DNA of 64,000 bases from Thermococcus sp. JdFR-02. GTDB lineage: Archaea; Methanobacteriota_B; Thermococci; Thermococcales; Thermococcaceae. The stretch is taken from NCBI GenBank assembly GCA_002009975.1, contig MTLP01000028.1, positions 32,001-96,000 of the forward strand, given 5' to 3'. Below the pieces are notes generated by a model that was not told the DNA's origin, searched no databases, and was given only the letters and a program-made list of their open reading frames with translations. Both the position numbers and the translations under genes were made by a program. This document shows, piece after piece, positions 53,917 to 64,000 of the stretch; within the stretch, counting starts at the first letter, position 1, and every line of letters begins with the position of its first letter.

Positions 53917-54559
53917 GAATTATGAATTCTCTCTCATGATCTTCAATTTTTGGCGACTTTTTAACTTTAATCATTAGCCTGTTGTCACAGAGTCTAATCG
54001 CCAAAACTCTTGTTGATGCCTCTTCCCATTCAGATAGTATCTCTTTTGGCAAGATATCCACATTTGCAAAATAAACACCAACTCTTGCTTTGTTTCCCAG
54101 GAAATTCTTTGCTATTCTTCCTATGTAGAGCTCAAAGACATTAATATCGTAACCGTGGAGTTTTGATAACTTATCTCCTCCGAGAATTAAAACGACTATT
54201 TTTGGAATTTTTGAATACATCTCGTTCACAGCTTGAATGAACTTATTTATATAAACCACAGGATCAGTGGATATATCAACCTTTTTTATTATCTTCCCAA
54301 CTTCTATAGAACCACCACCTTTAATTACAGGCAGTTCTTCTAGTTTCTCTGTATCTGCACCTATTATCTTAAGGTTCTCAATAATAACATGAAAGCTATC
54401 TAAGATATCGATTATAAGTAAGGGAAGCTTTTTGTATCTAACGAATTCCGCAATACCCTCAAAAATAAGATGTATTGGATCTGTTGAGCTGTATTCGACC
54501 AAAACACTCTCTCCAAATTCTATGTTATCGATGTATTCAATTAGCTCCTTCTTGCTCAC
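53882..54559 (-). CDS. DUF257 family protein (inactive RecA/KaiC-like fold)
   Basis: GESVLVEYSS, IIDILD, IKGGG and EASTRVL motifs. Confidence 0.85.
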   Translation of the reverse strand: MSKKELIEYIDNIEFGESVLVEYSSTDPIHLIFEGIAEFVRYKKLPLLIIDILDSFHVIIENLKIIGADTEKLEELPVIKGGGSIEVGKIIKKVDISTDPVVYINKFIQAVNEMYSKIPKIVVLILGGDKLSKLHGYDINVFELYIGRIAKNFLGNKARVGVYFANVDILPKEILSEWEEASTRVLAIRLCDNRLMIKVKKSPKIEDHEREFIIPIEDLSLLPKA

Positions 54560-55203
54560 AGTATCACCTCTATCTTTTTTCCAATTTCAAAAATTATAGG
54601 GGATTTTTTAATAGTTAGAGCTTTTCCGTATTCTCTGATTTCTAGGACTCTCGTAGATAATTCTTCCCATTCTTTTATTGTATCTTTTCTTAGAATTTCG
54701 CAATTACTAAAAACTATAGATATCTTTCTTTTCCTTCCAATGTTTTTACGTGAAAGATTTTCAAAATAGCTCTCTAATGCAATTGGGTCGCTTTCATAGA
54801 TTCTCAAAAGTTTATCAATCCCAATAACAAATATGAATGCAAAATCGCTTTTAACCTTTTTAAAGAATGAAGAAACTAATTGCTTGTATTCTTCTATGTA
54901 CACAGGTATGTCTTCATGAACTCTGAGCTTTCCCAAAATTCTTCCAACCTCTATACCACCGCTCCCCTTTATTACATCTAAGTTATCAATTAAACTGACA
55001 TCAAAACCCGCGATCTCTAAATGTTCCCTCAGCACATGCAAAGCATCAAATATATCGATAATTAAAATGGGTAACTCTTGCTCACTTATCCATTTTATAG
55101 AGGAATAAAACATCAACTCAGGATGATCAAGAGATGTATATTCTATTAATACACTTTCACCAGGCTTTAACCTTTCCAAAAACTCAAAGAGGTTAAATGG
55201 CAT
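54556..55203 (-). CDS. DUF257 family protein, tandem paralog
   Basis: GESVLIEYTS, IIDIFD and ELSTRVL motifs. Confidence 0.85.
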   Translation of the reverse strand: MPFNLFEFLERLKPGESVLIEYTSLDHPELMFYSSIKWISEQELPILIIDIFDALHVLREHLEIAGFDVSLIDNLDVIKGSGGIEVGRILGKLRVHEDIPVYIEEYKQLVSSFFKKVKSDFAFIFVIGIDKLLRIYESDPIALESYFENLSRKNIGRKRKISIVFSNCEILRKDTIKEWEELSTRVLEIREYGKALTIKKSPIIFEIGKKIEVIL

Positions 55204-55339
55204 TTTGCTCACCTGAATATACTTTAAGTTTATTATGCTTTTCAAAACTTATATATTTTTTGTAAAGAGTAAAAGATTCTTACAATATATGTAAAATATG
55301 ACAAAAATTATGAAAAGAATCTTTGAATAGTGTATCCAT

Positions 55340-56272
55340 TTACTCTAATTTTTTAAGTTTTGTAACAAAAAAGCCGCTCGTTCTATGAGTGTCGGGATAA
55401 AAACGTCTACTCTTTGCGATATCCTCACTGAGCTCAATTCCAAAGGGGTTTGTTAAAGCAGGCTCTCCATATTTTAAAGGCAAAATCTCAACTTTAAAGT
55501 TATCTAAGACCCATTGGATGACGAATTCATTCTCTTCTGGCTCAAGAGAACAAGTAGAGTAAACCAAAATCCCTCCCTTTTTTAAATTCTCTAAAGCGAC
55601 TTTGATCATCTTTATCTGCAAATTTTGACAAAATTTAACATCATCTAAGCTTCTGTTTGCCTTTCTCTCTGGATTTTTGTGAATAGTCCCACTACCTGTA
55701 CATGGGGCATCGAGGAGAATTTTATCAAACTCTATATTGAGTTCACTGATATAAAGAGAAGATTTATGAAAGATTACTGTATTTGTAACTCCCAAGCGAG
55801 ATAAATTGAGACGCATTTCTTTTAATCTCTCTTCTCCCACATCAAAAGCATAAATAATCCCCTCATTTTTCATTAGCTGAGCTAGGTGGGAGGTTTTTCC
55901 TCCAGGAGCAGCAGCCATATCGACAACAACTTCACTAGGCTTGGGATCTAGGGCAATAGGTGGATACATAGACGATGCTTCTTGTATATATAAAAGACCA
56001 CCTAGATATTCAGGCGTTGAGCTTATTGAGAAAGGCTCTCTTGTTAAGCAAAAGCCCTCTTTAGCCCAAGGCACACGAACGAATTGAAAACCTTTCTTGT
56101 TTAGCATTTTTACAAGCTTTGGAACATCAATCCTTAGAGTGTTTACCCTAAAACATCTTGGTAAAGGCTTTTCCATAGCTTCAGCTATCTTTAAAGCTCT
56201 CTCACCCCAAAGCTCATAATAACGTTCAGCAAATTCCTTTGAATACCCTAAGCTAAACAGTTTTTCAATCAT
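55340..56272 (-). CDS. RsmB/NOP2 family RNA m5C methyltransferase
   Basis: QEASS, AAPGGKT, DAPCTG and YSTCS motifs. Confidence 0.93.
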   Translation of the reverse strand: MIEKLFSLGYSKEFAERYYELWGERALKIAEAMEKPLPRCFRVNTLRIDVPKLVKMLNKKGFQFVRVPWAKEGFCLTREPFSISSTPEYLGGLLYIQEASSMYPPIALDPKPSEVVVDMAAAPGGKTSHLAQLMKNEGIIYAFDVGEERLKEMRLNLSRLGVTNTVIFHKSSLYISELNIEFDKILLDAPCTGSGTIHKNPERKANRSLDDVKFCQNLQIKMIKVALENLKKGGILVYSTCSLEPEENEFVIQWVLDNFKVEILPLKYGEPALTNPFGIELSEDIAKSRRFYPDTHRTSGFFVTKLKKLE

Positions 56273-56307
56273 ATATTGGGAGTTTGAGGCGGAGTTTATA
56301 GGTTTTT

Positions 56308-57150
56308 CTACTTTTCTGTGGATGATAGAGCTTCTTCAAGGGTTGGGAATTCCCTCCTAAGTAGGGAATACTCTTCTTTTTTGAATATACTCTTGGTTAT
56401 AGGGACTAAAACTATTGTATTATTAAGAACACTGTAATCTTTGAGCAGAGTTAAAAACTTGAAAATACTATCAAATCCATTTTCTAAAATTAAATACTCA
56501 AGACCATCGAGAATTATGACCTTTGGCGTGTTGTCTCGTTTCATAAAATCTACCAAACTTTGCATCAGATACTCTAATCTACGTGGATGAATATGATTCT
56601 CTCCCTCCACTTTAGTTAGCCATAAAATTGGAACTCTTCTAAGGTTAATCTGTTTCCTAATTATCTCAGGTGGTTTTCTTGTAATTATAACTCCAGCTCT
56701 TCCCTTTAAGAGCTCAAAAACTGCAGAATCTGGAGTTCTAGGACATTCACAAAGATAAACCCCAACAGGAATTTCTCTCTTTGCTTCACCACTGATTTCA
56801 ATAACACTTGGAATCAAAGTGTATCTTTTTGTAAGGGTCTGAATAAGAGATACCCATGCATAGATGAATATTAAAGTAAACAAAAATACAACGGTGTTGG
56901 CGAGAAAGTTTAAAAGCTTTGCAATATCTTTGCTTATACCTATTACACCAGCGCGATCTAAATTCAAGGGTAGGAAGAGAAATTTTGTGATGGCATATAA
57001 TATAAAACCGAGTGTTATATAATCATAGAATCTGCCAAGATATGGGAACTTTTCATGGAATATTCTTCTAGCTCTTAGTGTAAATGCTGCAAGAATAACA
57101 CGCATAATAGCGTTAACAACAGATATTATTGCGCCTGGCCAATCTGTCAT
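56308..57150 (-). CDS. DUF835 domain membrane protein
   Basis: Three N-terminal TM segments, WLTKV and LDGLEYLILENGF motifs. Confidence 0.88.
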   Translation of the reverse strand: MTDWPGAIISVVNAIMRVILAAFTLRARRIFHEKFPYLGRFYDYITLGFILYAITKFLFLPLNLDRAGVIGISKDIAKLLNFLANTVVFLFTLIFIYAWVSLIQTLTKRYTLIPSVIEISGEAKREIPVGVYLCECPRTPDSAVFELLKGRAGVIITRKPPEIIRKQINLRRVPILWLTKVEGENHIHPRRLEYLMQSLVDFMKRDNTPKVIILDGLEYLILENGFDSIFKFLTLLKDYSVLNNTIVLVPITKSIFKKEEYSLLRREFPTLEEALSSTEK

Positions 57151-57223
57151 AGCCCATCAATTAGTTTATAACTTGCTTATATTTTAATTTTTTGGCAATA
57201 AATTAAAAGAAAAATACGCAAAA

Positions 57224-58171
57224 TCAGAGCTTAATTCCACCCATGATTAAAGCTAAGGCGGCTTTTTGTGCGTGTAGTCTGTTTTCTGCTTGATCCCAAA
57301 CAACGCTATTTGGTGAGTCTATAACTTCATCAACTACCTCTTCTCCTCTGTGTGCTGGGAGGCAGTGCATGAATATGTAATCTTTCTTTGCATGCTTTAC
57401 AAGCTCTGGATTAACCTGGAATGGCTTGAAGATTTTCTTTCTCATTTCTGCTTCAGCCTCTTGTCCCATTGAAGCCCAAACATCCGTATAAATTACATCA
57501 GCGTCTTTAACGGCTTTTACTGGGTCATGTAATAGCTCAAAGCTTCCTCCACTTTCATTGGCATTTTTCTCCGCCCACTTAATGACTTTTTCATCTGGTT
57601 CATAACCCTCTGGAGTTGCGACAACTACCTGCATTCCCAATTTAGTCCCTGCAATCATCAATGAGTGGGCAACGTTGTTTCCATCACCAACATAAACAAG
57701 CTTAATTCCCTCAAGCCTGCCCTTCTTTTCTTTGATTGTCATTACATCAGCTAAAGCTTGGCATGGATGCGAAAAATCGCTTAGTCCATTAATTACGGGA
57801 ACACTTGCGTATTTGGCTAAGTCTTCAACATCTTTGTGGGCATAAACCCTAGCCATAATTCCATCAACGTATCTGCTCAAAACCCTTGCAGTGTCAGCTA
57901 TTGTTTCTCCTCTCCTTAATTGCAAGTCTTGAGCACTTAAATACAATGCATAACCGCCCAATTGGTACATTCCAACTTCGAAGCTAATCCTTGTTCTCGT
58001 TGAGGGCTTTTGGAAAATCATAGCTAAGGTTTTACCTTCCAAAACTCTATGGGGTTTTCCTATTTTGTTCCAGATTTTCATCATTTCAGCTGTTCTAAGA
58101 ATTGTCTCTATTTCCTCTCTTGTAAAGTCTTGTAAGCAGAGAATATCTCTTCCAGCTAAGCTTACTACCAT
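57224..58171 (-). CDS. argF: Ornithine carbamoyltransferase
   Basis: STRTR, HPCQ, WASMG and HCLP motifs. Confidence 0.97.
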   Translation of the reverse strand: MVVSLAGRDILCLQDFTREEIETILRTAEMMKIWNKIGKPHRVLEGKTLAMIFQKPSTRTRISFEVGMYQLGGYALYLSAQDLQLRRGETIADTARVLSRYVDGIMARVYAHKDVEDLAKYASVPVINGLSDFSHPCQALADVMTIKEKKGRLEGIKLVYVGDGNNVAHSLMIAGTKLGMQVVVATPEGYEPDEKVIKWAEKNANESGGSFELLHDPVKAVKDADVIYTDVWASMGQEAEAEMRKKIFKPFQVNPELVKHAKKDYIFMHCLPAHRGEEVVDEVIDSPNSVVWDQAENRLHAQKAALALIMGGIKL

Positions 58172-58364
58172 TGATACCACCATTAAAGAGTTGATTGAGC
58201 TTTTTAATAACTATTTCGTCGCTAAAAAATATCATTTAACGAAATTTTTCAAAAATTCATGGATAATTAGTTGATAAATGTAAAAGTTCGGTTCTCTTTT
58301 GCTTGCTTAACTTTTTTGATAAAGCTAATAAGCTTTTGAGGTAGTTAACCTTTTGGGGATTTTC

Positions 58365-59102
58365 ATGGATAGAATAAAAGTTAAGCTCATAAACTATACT
58401 CCAAGACCCTTGGAAACGATAACATGGGCTGCTTTGATAAGCTACTGGGATAAATGGGAGAGCGAAGCCTTTGAAAGGACAACAAAAGCAGATGTTGAGA
58501 AGCATTTACCGAAAATTCTAAGCTTTGGACACGAAAGCATTTTGGAGCATGCAACGTTTACTTTTGCGATTGAAGGCATTTCTAGGGTGTGTTCTCATCA
58601 ATTAATTCGCCATAGATTGGCGAGCTACACACAGCAGAGTCAACGCTATATAAAGCTCAATCTTGAGGATGTCGAGGAGACCTTTGTTGTCCCAAAATCA
58701 ATTAAGGAGAACCCTGAACTATTTAAAGAGTGGAAGAAGCTAATGCAAGAGTCTATAGAGCTTTACAGAAAGAGCATCGAGCAAGGGAAGCACCAAGAAG
58801 ATGCTCGTTACATTCTCCCCCAAGCAGTTAGGACAAAAATCGTCGTTACAATGAACCTTAGGGAACTCAAGCATTTCTTTAAGCTTAGAACTTGTGAAAG
58901 GGCACAATGGGAAATTAGAGAAATTGCCTGGAAGATGCTTGAGGAAATAGTGAATGTTGAAGAGCTTAAGCCAATAGTAAAGTGGGCTAAACTTGGACCT
59001 TCCTGTATTCAATTGGGGTATTGCCCTGAAGGTAAATTAATGCCAGAAGGATGCTTTAAGAGAACTAGAGAGAAGTGGAGAAAGGTTGCAGGAGGAGATT
59101 AA
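58365..59102 (+). CDS. thyX: FAD-dependent thymidylate synthase
   Basis: GHESILEH, RHRLASYTQQSQRY and AQWEIR motifs. Confidence 0.95.
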   Translation: MDRIKVKLINYTPRPLETITWAALISYWDKWESEAFERTTKADVEKHLPKILSFGHESILEHATFTFAIEGISRVCSHQLIRHRLASYTQQSQRYIKLNLEDVEETFVVPKSIKENPELFKEWKKLMQESIELYRKSIEQGKHQEDARYILPQAVRTKIVVTMNLRELKHFFKLRTCERAQWEIREIAWKMLEEIVNVEELKPIVKWAKLGPSCIQLGYCPEGKLMPEGCFKRTREKWRKVAGGD

Positions 59103-59599
59103 TATCTTTCTTCTTTTAAAACCTCTTCTAAGGCTTTCTTTAGCTCGTCATAACTATCTTCGATTGCTTGTGGGATCACTTTTGTATCGGCTAACACTGG
59201 CATGAAGTTTGTATCACCGTTCCATCTTGGCACTATGTGCATGTGGATGTGATCCTCTATTCCAGCTCCAGCCACTCTTCCAATGTTGAAACCCATATTA
59301 AATCCTTCTGGCTTCATTGCCTTTTTTATAGTTTTTATCATCAATTGAGCAAGTTTCATGATCTCTAAAAGCTCTTCATCACTCAAATCTTCGAGGTTTC
59401 CAACGTGTCTATAAGGGGCGATCATAACATGACCGGGGTTGTAGGGATAGTTGTTCATTATTATAAAGGCTTTCTCTCCTCTGTATAGGATAAGCCTTTC
59501 CTTATCTCTATTCTCCTTTGGAAAATCACAAAATATACAGCCGTCATGCTTTGGAGAGCGGATGTATTCAATGCGCCAAGGTGCAAATATTAGCTTCAT
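59099..59599 (-). CDS. HIT family protein (Ap4A phosphorylase-like)
   Basis: APWR, CIFC, PYNPGH and HIHMH motifs. Confidence 0.92.
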   Translation of the reverse strand: MKLIFAPWRIEYIRSPKHDGCIFCDFPKENRDKERLILYRGEKAFIIMNNYPYNPGHVMIAPYRHVGNLEDLSDEELLEIMKLAQLMIKTIKKAMKPEGFNMGFNIGRVAGAGIEDHIHMHIVPRWNGDTNFMPVLADTKVIPQAIEDSYDELKKALEEVLKEERY

Positions 59600-60495
59600 A
59601 TCCTCACCCCTATGTCTATTCCTTGTTCTTTCAGCTTCTCAGTTAGCCTTTTCATTAAGTCCTCCATTATTAAACTTACCGTTTTTTCAACTTCAATATT
59701 CTCTAAGATGGGTATATTGCACTCCTTAGCTTTTTCTATTAAAAATTCCTGAATCTCTAAAATCTCATCTAGGTGCTTTATATAGTATTCCGCTGGTCTT
59801 AAACTTTGCAATGACCTTGCATAAAATCTAGAGATTAAATCCTCTTTGTTCTTCACTATTATTATGTACATAAAGCTTAAGTCTGTCATTTCAACGTATC
59901 CTGGAACGAGGTGAATACCTTCAACTATAGCGTTAAATCCTTCCTTCTGTGAACGTTCTATTATTGCGTTTATACCAACAGATACGTGGCTAACTTGTCT
60001 CTCAAAACCATAGATTGTTGGTGAGATACCTTTTAAAGGAGCTCTGAGAACCTTCCAAACCATGAAGGAGGATGTGTGAATTGAGGGAAGAAGGTCTTCT
60101 GTTACAAGCCTTCTCATTACCTCTCTAATAGTATCCGTACCAATAACAGTTCTAATTCCTAATCTAAAGGCTAATTCTGTTGCTATTGTGCTTTTCCCAA
60201 CTCCAGTTGCCCCACCAAGAAGAAGTATTATTGGCATTTTCAATTTCCTAAAGTTGCTCCAAAATAAATAGCGTTGAGCTTCTTTTTCTAATCCATGCTC
60301 TAAAAGTTTTTGATAAGCAGCTTCTCTAATTTCATCCTTTGTCACGATTTTTTTCTTCTTTTTTGCAAATTCTTTAAGAACCTCAGTAGCTATAGAATAG
60401 GCTATACCAACATCAACACCAGCTGAGGTAATAGAACGAGTCAAAATTCCTCTTGAAAAGGGCAATCTAATTTTCTCATCTTTAACAATGATCAT
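59596..60495 (-). CDS. pgk2: 2-phosphoglycerate kinase (ATP-cone plus P-loop)
   Basis: [23 protein letters not shown] and EGIH motifs. Confidence 0.88.
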   Translation of the reverse strand: MIIVKDEKIRLPFSRGILTRSITSAGVDVGIAYSIATEVLKEFAKKKKKIVTKDEIREAAYQKLLEHGLEKEAQRYLFWSNFRKLKMPIILLLGGATGVGKSTIATELAFRLGIRTVIGTDTIREVMRRLVTEDLLPSIHTSSFMVWKVLRAPLKGISPTIYGFERQVSHVSVGINAIIERSQKEGFNAIVEGIHLVPGYVEMTDLSFMYIIIVKNKEDLISRFYARSLQSLRPAEYYIKHLDEILEIQEFLIEKAKECNIPILENIEVEKTVSLIMEDLMKRLTEKLKEQGIDIGVRI

Positions 60496-60561
60496 GAAAC
60501 CACCAAAAAGAACTATAAGTGAAGAGTATTAAAATTTATTGGTAAAAAGAGAGTAGAAAGC

Positions 60562-61104
60562 TCACAAGGATGAGAGAACCTTGGTTGTCACGTCATTACC
60601 TTCTTTGTCATAAATTCTGTAGTAGCTCTTGCATGGGAATTTCATGCTTGCTCTTCTCATTGCCTCAAGAGCAAACTTGATGTGTTGTGGATTTACCCAC
60701 ACTGTTAAAATCTTTTGATCTCTCTTTAATCTTGCGGCTAATCCTATTGGTTTGCCAAATGGTCTTCTCATACCGTTACCGTAACGGTCAGCCTTTCTTC
60801 CTGTAGCCATTGGGTTTTCTCTTAAAACTTGGAATGGATAGACTCTAATCTTGAAGTGATAGTTACTTCTACCAACGTTCTTTTGGAGATACCTGTTGAC
60901 TTGAATTCTCACCGCTTCTAAAGCGTTTTGTCTAATTTGAACTGGTTCAGCAGTATGCAAACTTATCTCATACTCAAACTCAGCACTTAGGTTCCCCATG
61001 TCAAACATCGTAATTCTTGGGCCTGGGGCACCTCTAATATATTCTCTTCTTGTGTAAGCAGGCTTATCAACGTACTTGTCAATTTTTGCTGGTCTTAATC
61101 CCAT
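60562..61104 (-). CDS. rpl10e: 50S ribosomal protein uL16 (L10e)
   Basis: [26 protein letters not shown] motif. Confidence 0.97.
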   Translation of the reverse strand: MGLRPAKIDKYVDKPAYTRREYIRGAPGPRITMFDMGNLSAEFEYEISLHTAEPVQIRQNALEAVRIQVNRYLQKNVGRSNYHFKIRVYPFQVLRENPMATGRKADRYGNGMRRPFGKPIGLAARLKRDQKILTVWVNPQHIKFALEAMRRASMKFPCKSYYRIYDKEGNDVTTKVLSSL

Positions 61105-61308
61105 CTAACTCACCTCCAGATGAGCATGATACCTATGTTTAAAAACTTTACAGGGCTTATAAAAGTTTTGGGTTTTAAAGGCATTTAATTTCCAGACTTT
61201 CTAACGCTTGAGTGCTGAATTTATAAACTTTTCTTTACTTCTTAAAGCGTTGGCAACAGTATTCTTTTTATACGATATTGAGAGTATCTTTCTAACGAGG
61301 TGACATTT

Positions 61309-62460
61309 ATGCAGTATGAGGATGCAGTCAAGGAAGTTTACGAAATTGTTAAGCCCAAGTACAAGCTCTTCACAGCTGGACCTGTTGCATGTTTTCCAGA
61401 AGTTTTGGAGATAATGAAAGTTCAGATGTTCAGTCATAGGGCAAAGGAGTATAAGATAATCCATAGAGACACATTGGATAGGCTAAGAAAGTTCCTTGAA
61501 GTTGAGGATGGGGAGATAATAATATTCCCAAGCTCTGGGACTGGATTTATGGAAGCTGCTATTAGGAATGCAGTATCTCTAAATGGTAAAGTTTTGGTTA
61601 CAATAATTGGTGCTTTTGGAAAAAGATTTGCTGATGTAGTTGAGTCCAATGGAAGAGAGGCAATAAAGTTGGAATTTGAACCTGGAAACCCAGTTGATCC
61701 AAATGCTTTAGATGAGGCTTTACAAAAAAATAAAGATGTTGAAGCAGTAACTATTACCTATAACGAAACATCAACAGGTGTTTTAAATCCCCTCCCAGAA
61801 TTGGCTAAGGTAGTTAAAGAACACGATAAATTGCTTTTTGTTGATGCTGTCAGTGCGATGGGTGGTGCGGATATTAAGTTTAGTAAGTGGGGAATTGACG
61901 TTGTCTTTGGAAGCTCTCAAAAAGCCTTTGGCGTTCCTCCTGGATTAGCAGTTGCAGCTATAAGTGAAAGGGTTTTTGAAATTGCAGAGAAAATGCCAAA
62001 CAGAGGCTGGTACTTTGATTTGCCTTTATATAGGAAGTTTAACAAAGAAAAGGATGGAACTCCTTCAACACCACCAATGCCACAATTATTTGGCTTAAAC
62101 GTTGTTCTGAGAATCATAGAGAGGATGGGCGGAAAGGAAGAGTGGCTTAAGATGTATCAAAAGAGGGCTGAGATGATCAGGGAAGGTGTAAAAGAAATAG
62201 GTCTGAATCTTTTAGCTAAGCCCGGCTATGAAAGCCCAACAATCACAGCGGTGCTAACTCCAGAGGGAATAAAAGGTGAGGAAATCTACAACGCAATGAG
62301 AGAAAGGGGATTTGAATTAGCAAAGGGTTATGGTAAAGGAATTAAGGAGAAGACATTTAGGATTGGGCACATGGGCTACATGACCTTTGAAGTTATTCAG
62401 GAGATGCTCGACAATCTAAAGGAAGTTATAGATGAGTTAAAGAGAAAGAAGGGACTTTAG
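61309..62460 (+). CDS. Class V PLP aminotransferase (serine-pyruvate/alanine-glyoxylate type)
   Basis: TAGP, NETSTG, VDAVS, SSQKA and FRIGHMG motifs. Confidence 0.9.
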   Translation: MQYEDAVKEVYEIVKPKYKLFTAGPVACFPEVLEIMKVQMFSHRAKEYKIIHRDTLDRLRKFLEVEDGEIIIFPSSGTGFMEAAIRNAVSLNGKVLVTIIGAFGKRFADVVESNGREAIKLEFEPGNPVDPNALDEALQKNKDVEAVTITYNETSTGVLNPLPELAKVVKEHDKLLFVDAVSAMGGADIKFSKWGIDVVFGSSQKAFGVPPGLAVAAISERVFEIAEKMPNRGWYFDLPLYRKFNKEKDGTPSTPPMPQLFGLNVVLRIIERMGGKEEWLKMYQKRAEMIREGVKEIGLNLLAKPGYESPTITAVLTPEGIKGEEIYNAMRERGFELAKGYGKGIKEKTFRIGHMGYMTFEVIQEMLDNLKEVIDELKRKKGL

Positions 62461-63050
62461 GTAATTTTTTCCAATTTTATTTTTCCACTATCTTCAATAA
62501 CTTTGTAAATTGCATTGACTTTTCTCGCATGGGTTCTGAAATCAAATGCTAGCTCAACAACTATTTCAAATTCTTTCAAAGTTTCGTCATCAATCCTTAG
62601 CCAGTGCTTTATTTCATCAACTAAATCTTTGGAGAGAACTAATGATGAGATTATGAACGGATAGTCTTCAATAAGCTCTTTTAATATCAGAGGGATGTCA
62701 ACTGTATGGATGGTATCTATTATAACATAGTCGGGGTTTAGCTTTTTTATTTCCTCTATGACTTCCTTACTCCTCTCAACCAAGCTTTTTCCATCAAATT
62801 CTGTGCTTATTACTTTAATATTTTCCTTAAATGGCTTAAATTCATTGTAAGCTGTTACAACACTAATCTTCCAATTGTCTGGTATCAAGTGTATAGCTGC
62901 CTCTATTAGTTTGGTTTTTCCTGCCCTGTTTCTTCCAACTACAAGGATATCGCTTTTCTTTAAAAGAGCAGTCTTTATAATTTCAAGCTGCTCGAGGTTA
63001 ATTGTCCCATATCTAAGTAAATCCTCTGGAGTAAAAATATACACGCCCAT
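62457..63050 (-). CDS. Small P-loop protein resembling the C-terminal half of type II/IV secretion ATPases
   Basis: TPEDLLRYGT, GRNRAGKT Walker A and NPDYVIID Walker B-like segment. Confidence 0.7.
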   Translation of the reverse strand: MGVYIFTPEDLLRYGTINLEQLEIIKTALLKKSDILVVGRNRAGKTKLIEAAIHLIPDNWKISVVTAYNEFKPFKENIKVISTEFDGKSLVERSKEVIEEIKKLNPDYVIIDTIHTVDIPLILKELIEDYPFIISSLVLSKDLVDEIKHWLRIDDETLKEFEIVVELAFDFRTHARKVNAIYKVIEDSGKIKLEKIT

Positions 63051-63250
63051 TGTATATCCCCATAAGGATATTCCGCCGCTTTTGTTATAATATTATCGTA
63101 ATCAGCCTTTAAAAGATGTCAATTATTCTACAATTATTCGACATATATTCAAAAATCATAAATACTCACTGTAGATTTTGGTCTTAATTCCGAATTTTTC
63201 TGCATAAGTGACATAAACCCCAAGTGCATGTCAAAGATTAGGTGATAAAT

Positions 63251-64000
63251 ATGAACGCAGTTCAACTTGTTAGTAGGGATATTGCTCCAGCAATTAGTGT
63301 ACAAACGAAGGTAGTTGACTATATGACAGACTTTTTCGTGAAGAAGGGCTTCAAATGGCTTTTGCCAGTGATGTTAAGCTCAATAACTGATCCGCTTTGG
63401 CCAGATCCAGCAGCAGCAAAGATGAAAGCACCAGAAATTGAAGCCTATGGAAGTAAGCTTAAGCTAATGCATAGCATGATTTTGCATAAGCAATTAGCCA
63501 TTGCAATGGGCTTGGAAAAGATATTTGTCCTCTCACCAAACATAAGACTTGAGGAGAGAGACAGAGATGATGGGAGACATGCATATGAGTTCACACAATT
63601 AGATTTTGAGATTGCTTATGCAACGATGGATGATGTGATGGGCTTAATTGAAGAATTAATCGTTGGACTTTTCGATTATGCAAGAGGGCTAGAAGAACTT
63701 AGTGAGCTTGGCAGGGAGATACCTAAGGTTAAGGCTCCGTTTAAAAGGTTTACTCTTGGAGAAATTGAGGAAGAGTTTGGTGACGAGGAAAAGGCAAGCA
63801 AAGAGATAGGTGAACCATTTTGGATTACAGATATTTCAAGAGAGTTCTATGATAGGGAAGACCCAGAAAAGCCAGGGCACTTTAGAAACTACGACTTGAT
63901 TTTGCCTGAAGGTTATGGAGAAGTTTCAAGCGGTGGAGAAAGAGAATGGCAATATGATGTTATCCTTAGAAAGCTCAAGAGCGCTGGTTTAAGCTTGGAA
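63251..64000 (+). CDS. asnA: Archaeal asparagine synthetase A (AsnRS-like), partial
   Basis: Not in the ORF track. MNAVQLVSRD..., ITDPLWPDP, HSMILHKQ, SPNIRLE, HAYEFTQLDFE and GEVSSGGERE motifs. Runs off the window. Confidence 0.92.
   Translation, partial: MNAVQLVSRDIAPAISVQTKVVDYMTDFFVKKGFKWLLPVMLSSITDPLWPDPAAAKMKAPEIEAYGSKLKLMHSMILHKQLAIAMGLEKIFVLSPNIRLEERDRDDGRHAYEFTQLDFEIAYATMDDVMGLIEELIVGLFDYARGLEELSELGREIPKVKAPFKRFTLGEIEEEFGDEEKASKEIGEPFWITDISREFYDREDPEKPGHFRNYDLILPEGYGEVSSGGEREWQYDVILRKLKSAGLSLE

Overview
Gene-dense, AT-rich archaeal chromosome segment from a member of the Thermococcales. Supporting features are GGTGA/GGAGG RBSs, TTTA(T/A)A TATA boxes, an ADP-dependent glucokinase, a cupin PGI, uL16, aIF5A, NMD3, Nep1 and DUF257/DUF835 genes. 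About 57 CDSs are recognisable, three of them missing from the ORF track (a partial MATE at the left edge, a 59-aa KH protein and a partial archaeal AsnA at the right edge). I saw no tRNA, rRNA, CRISPR array or transposase. Most genes are housekeeping or metabolic: ppsA, apgM, pgi-glk, the mannosylglycerate operon mpgS-mpgP-manC-pmm, a Ni/Co ECF transporter, speB, argF, thyX and pgk2. Four regions stand out. (1) A six-gene sugar island (ABC binding protein, two permeases, a GT4 with sucrose-phosphate/mannosylfructose-phosphate synthase-like motifs, a PfkB kinase and TrmB) lies between aIF5A and speB; it resembles the trehalose/maltose TreT operon but may handle a fructose-containing sugar. (2) An AglB/STT3-like GT-C fused to prenyltransferase/terpene-cyclase-like repeats is divergent from a Wzy-like gene. 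(3) A 1985-aa subtilase has about 550 aa between its catalytic Asp and His. (4) Several candidate cis-elements are readable: TGM, NikR, ArsR-like and TrmB-like sites, a structured mpgS leader and a uORF. All product calls come from motif recognition, not database searches.
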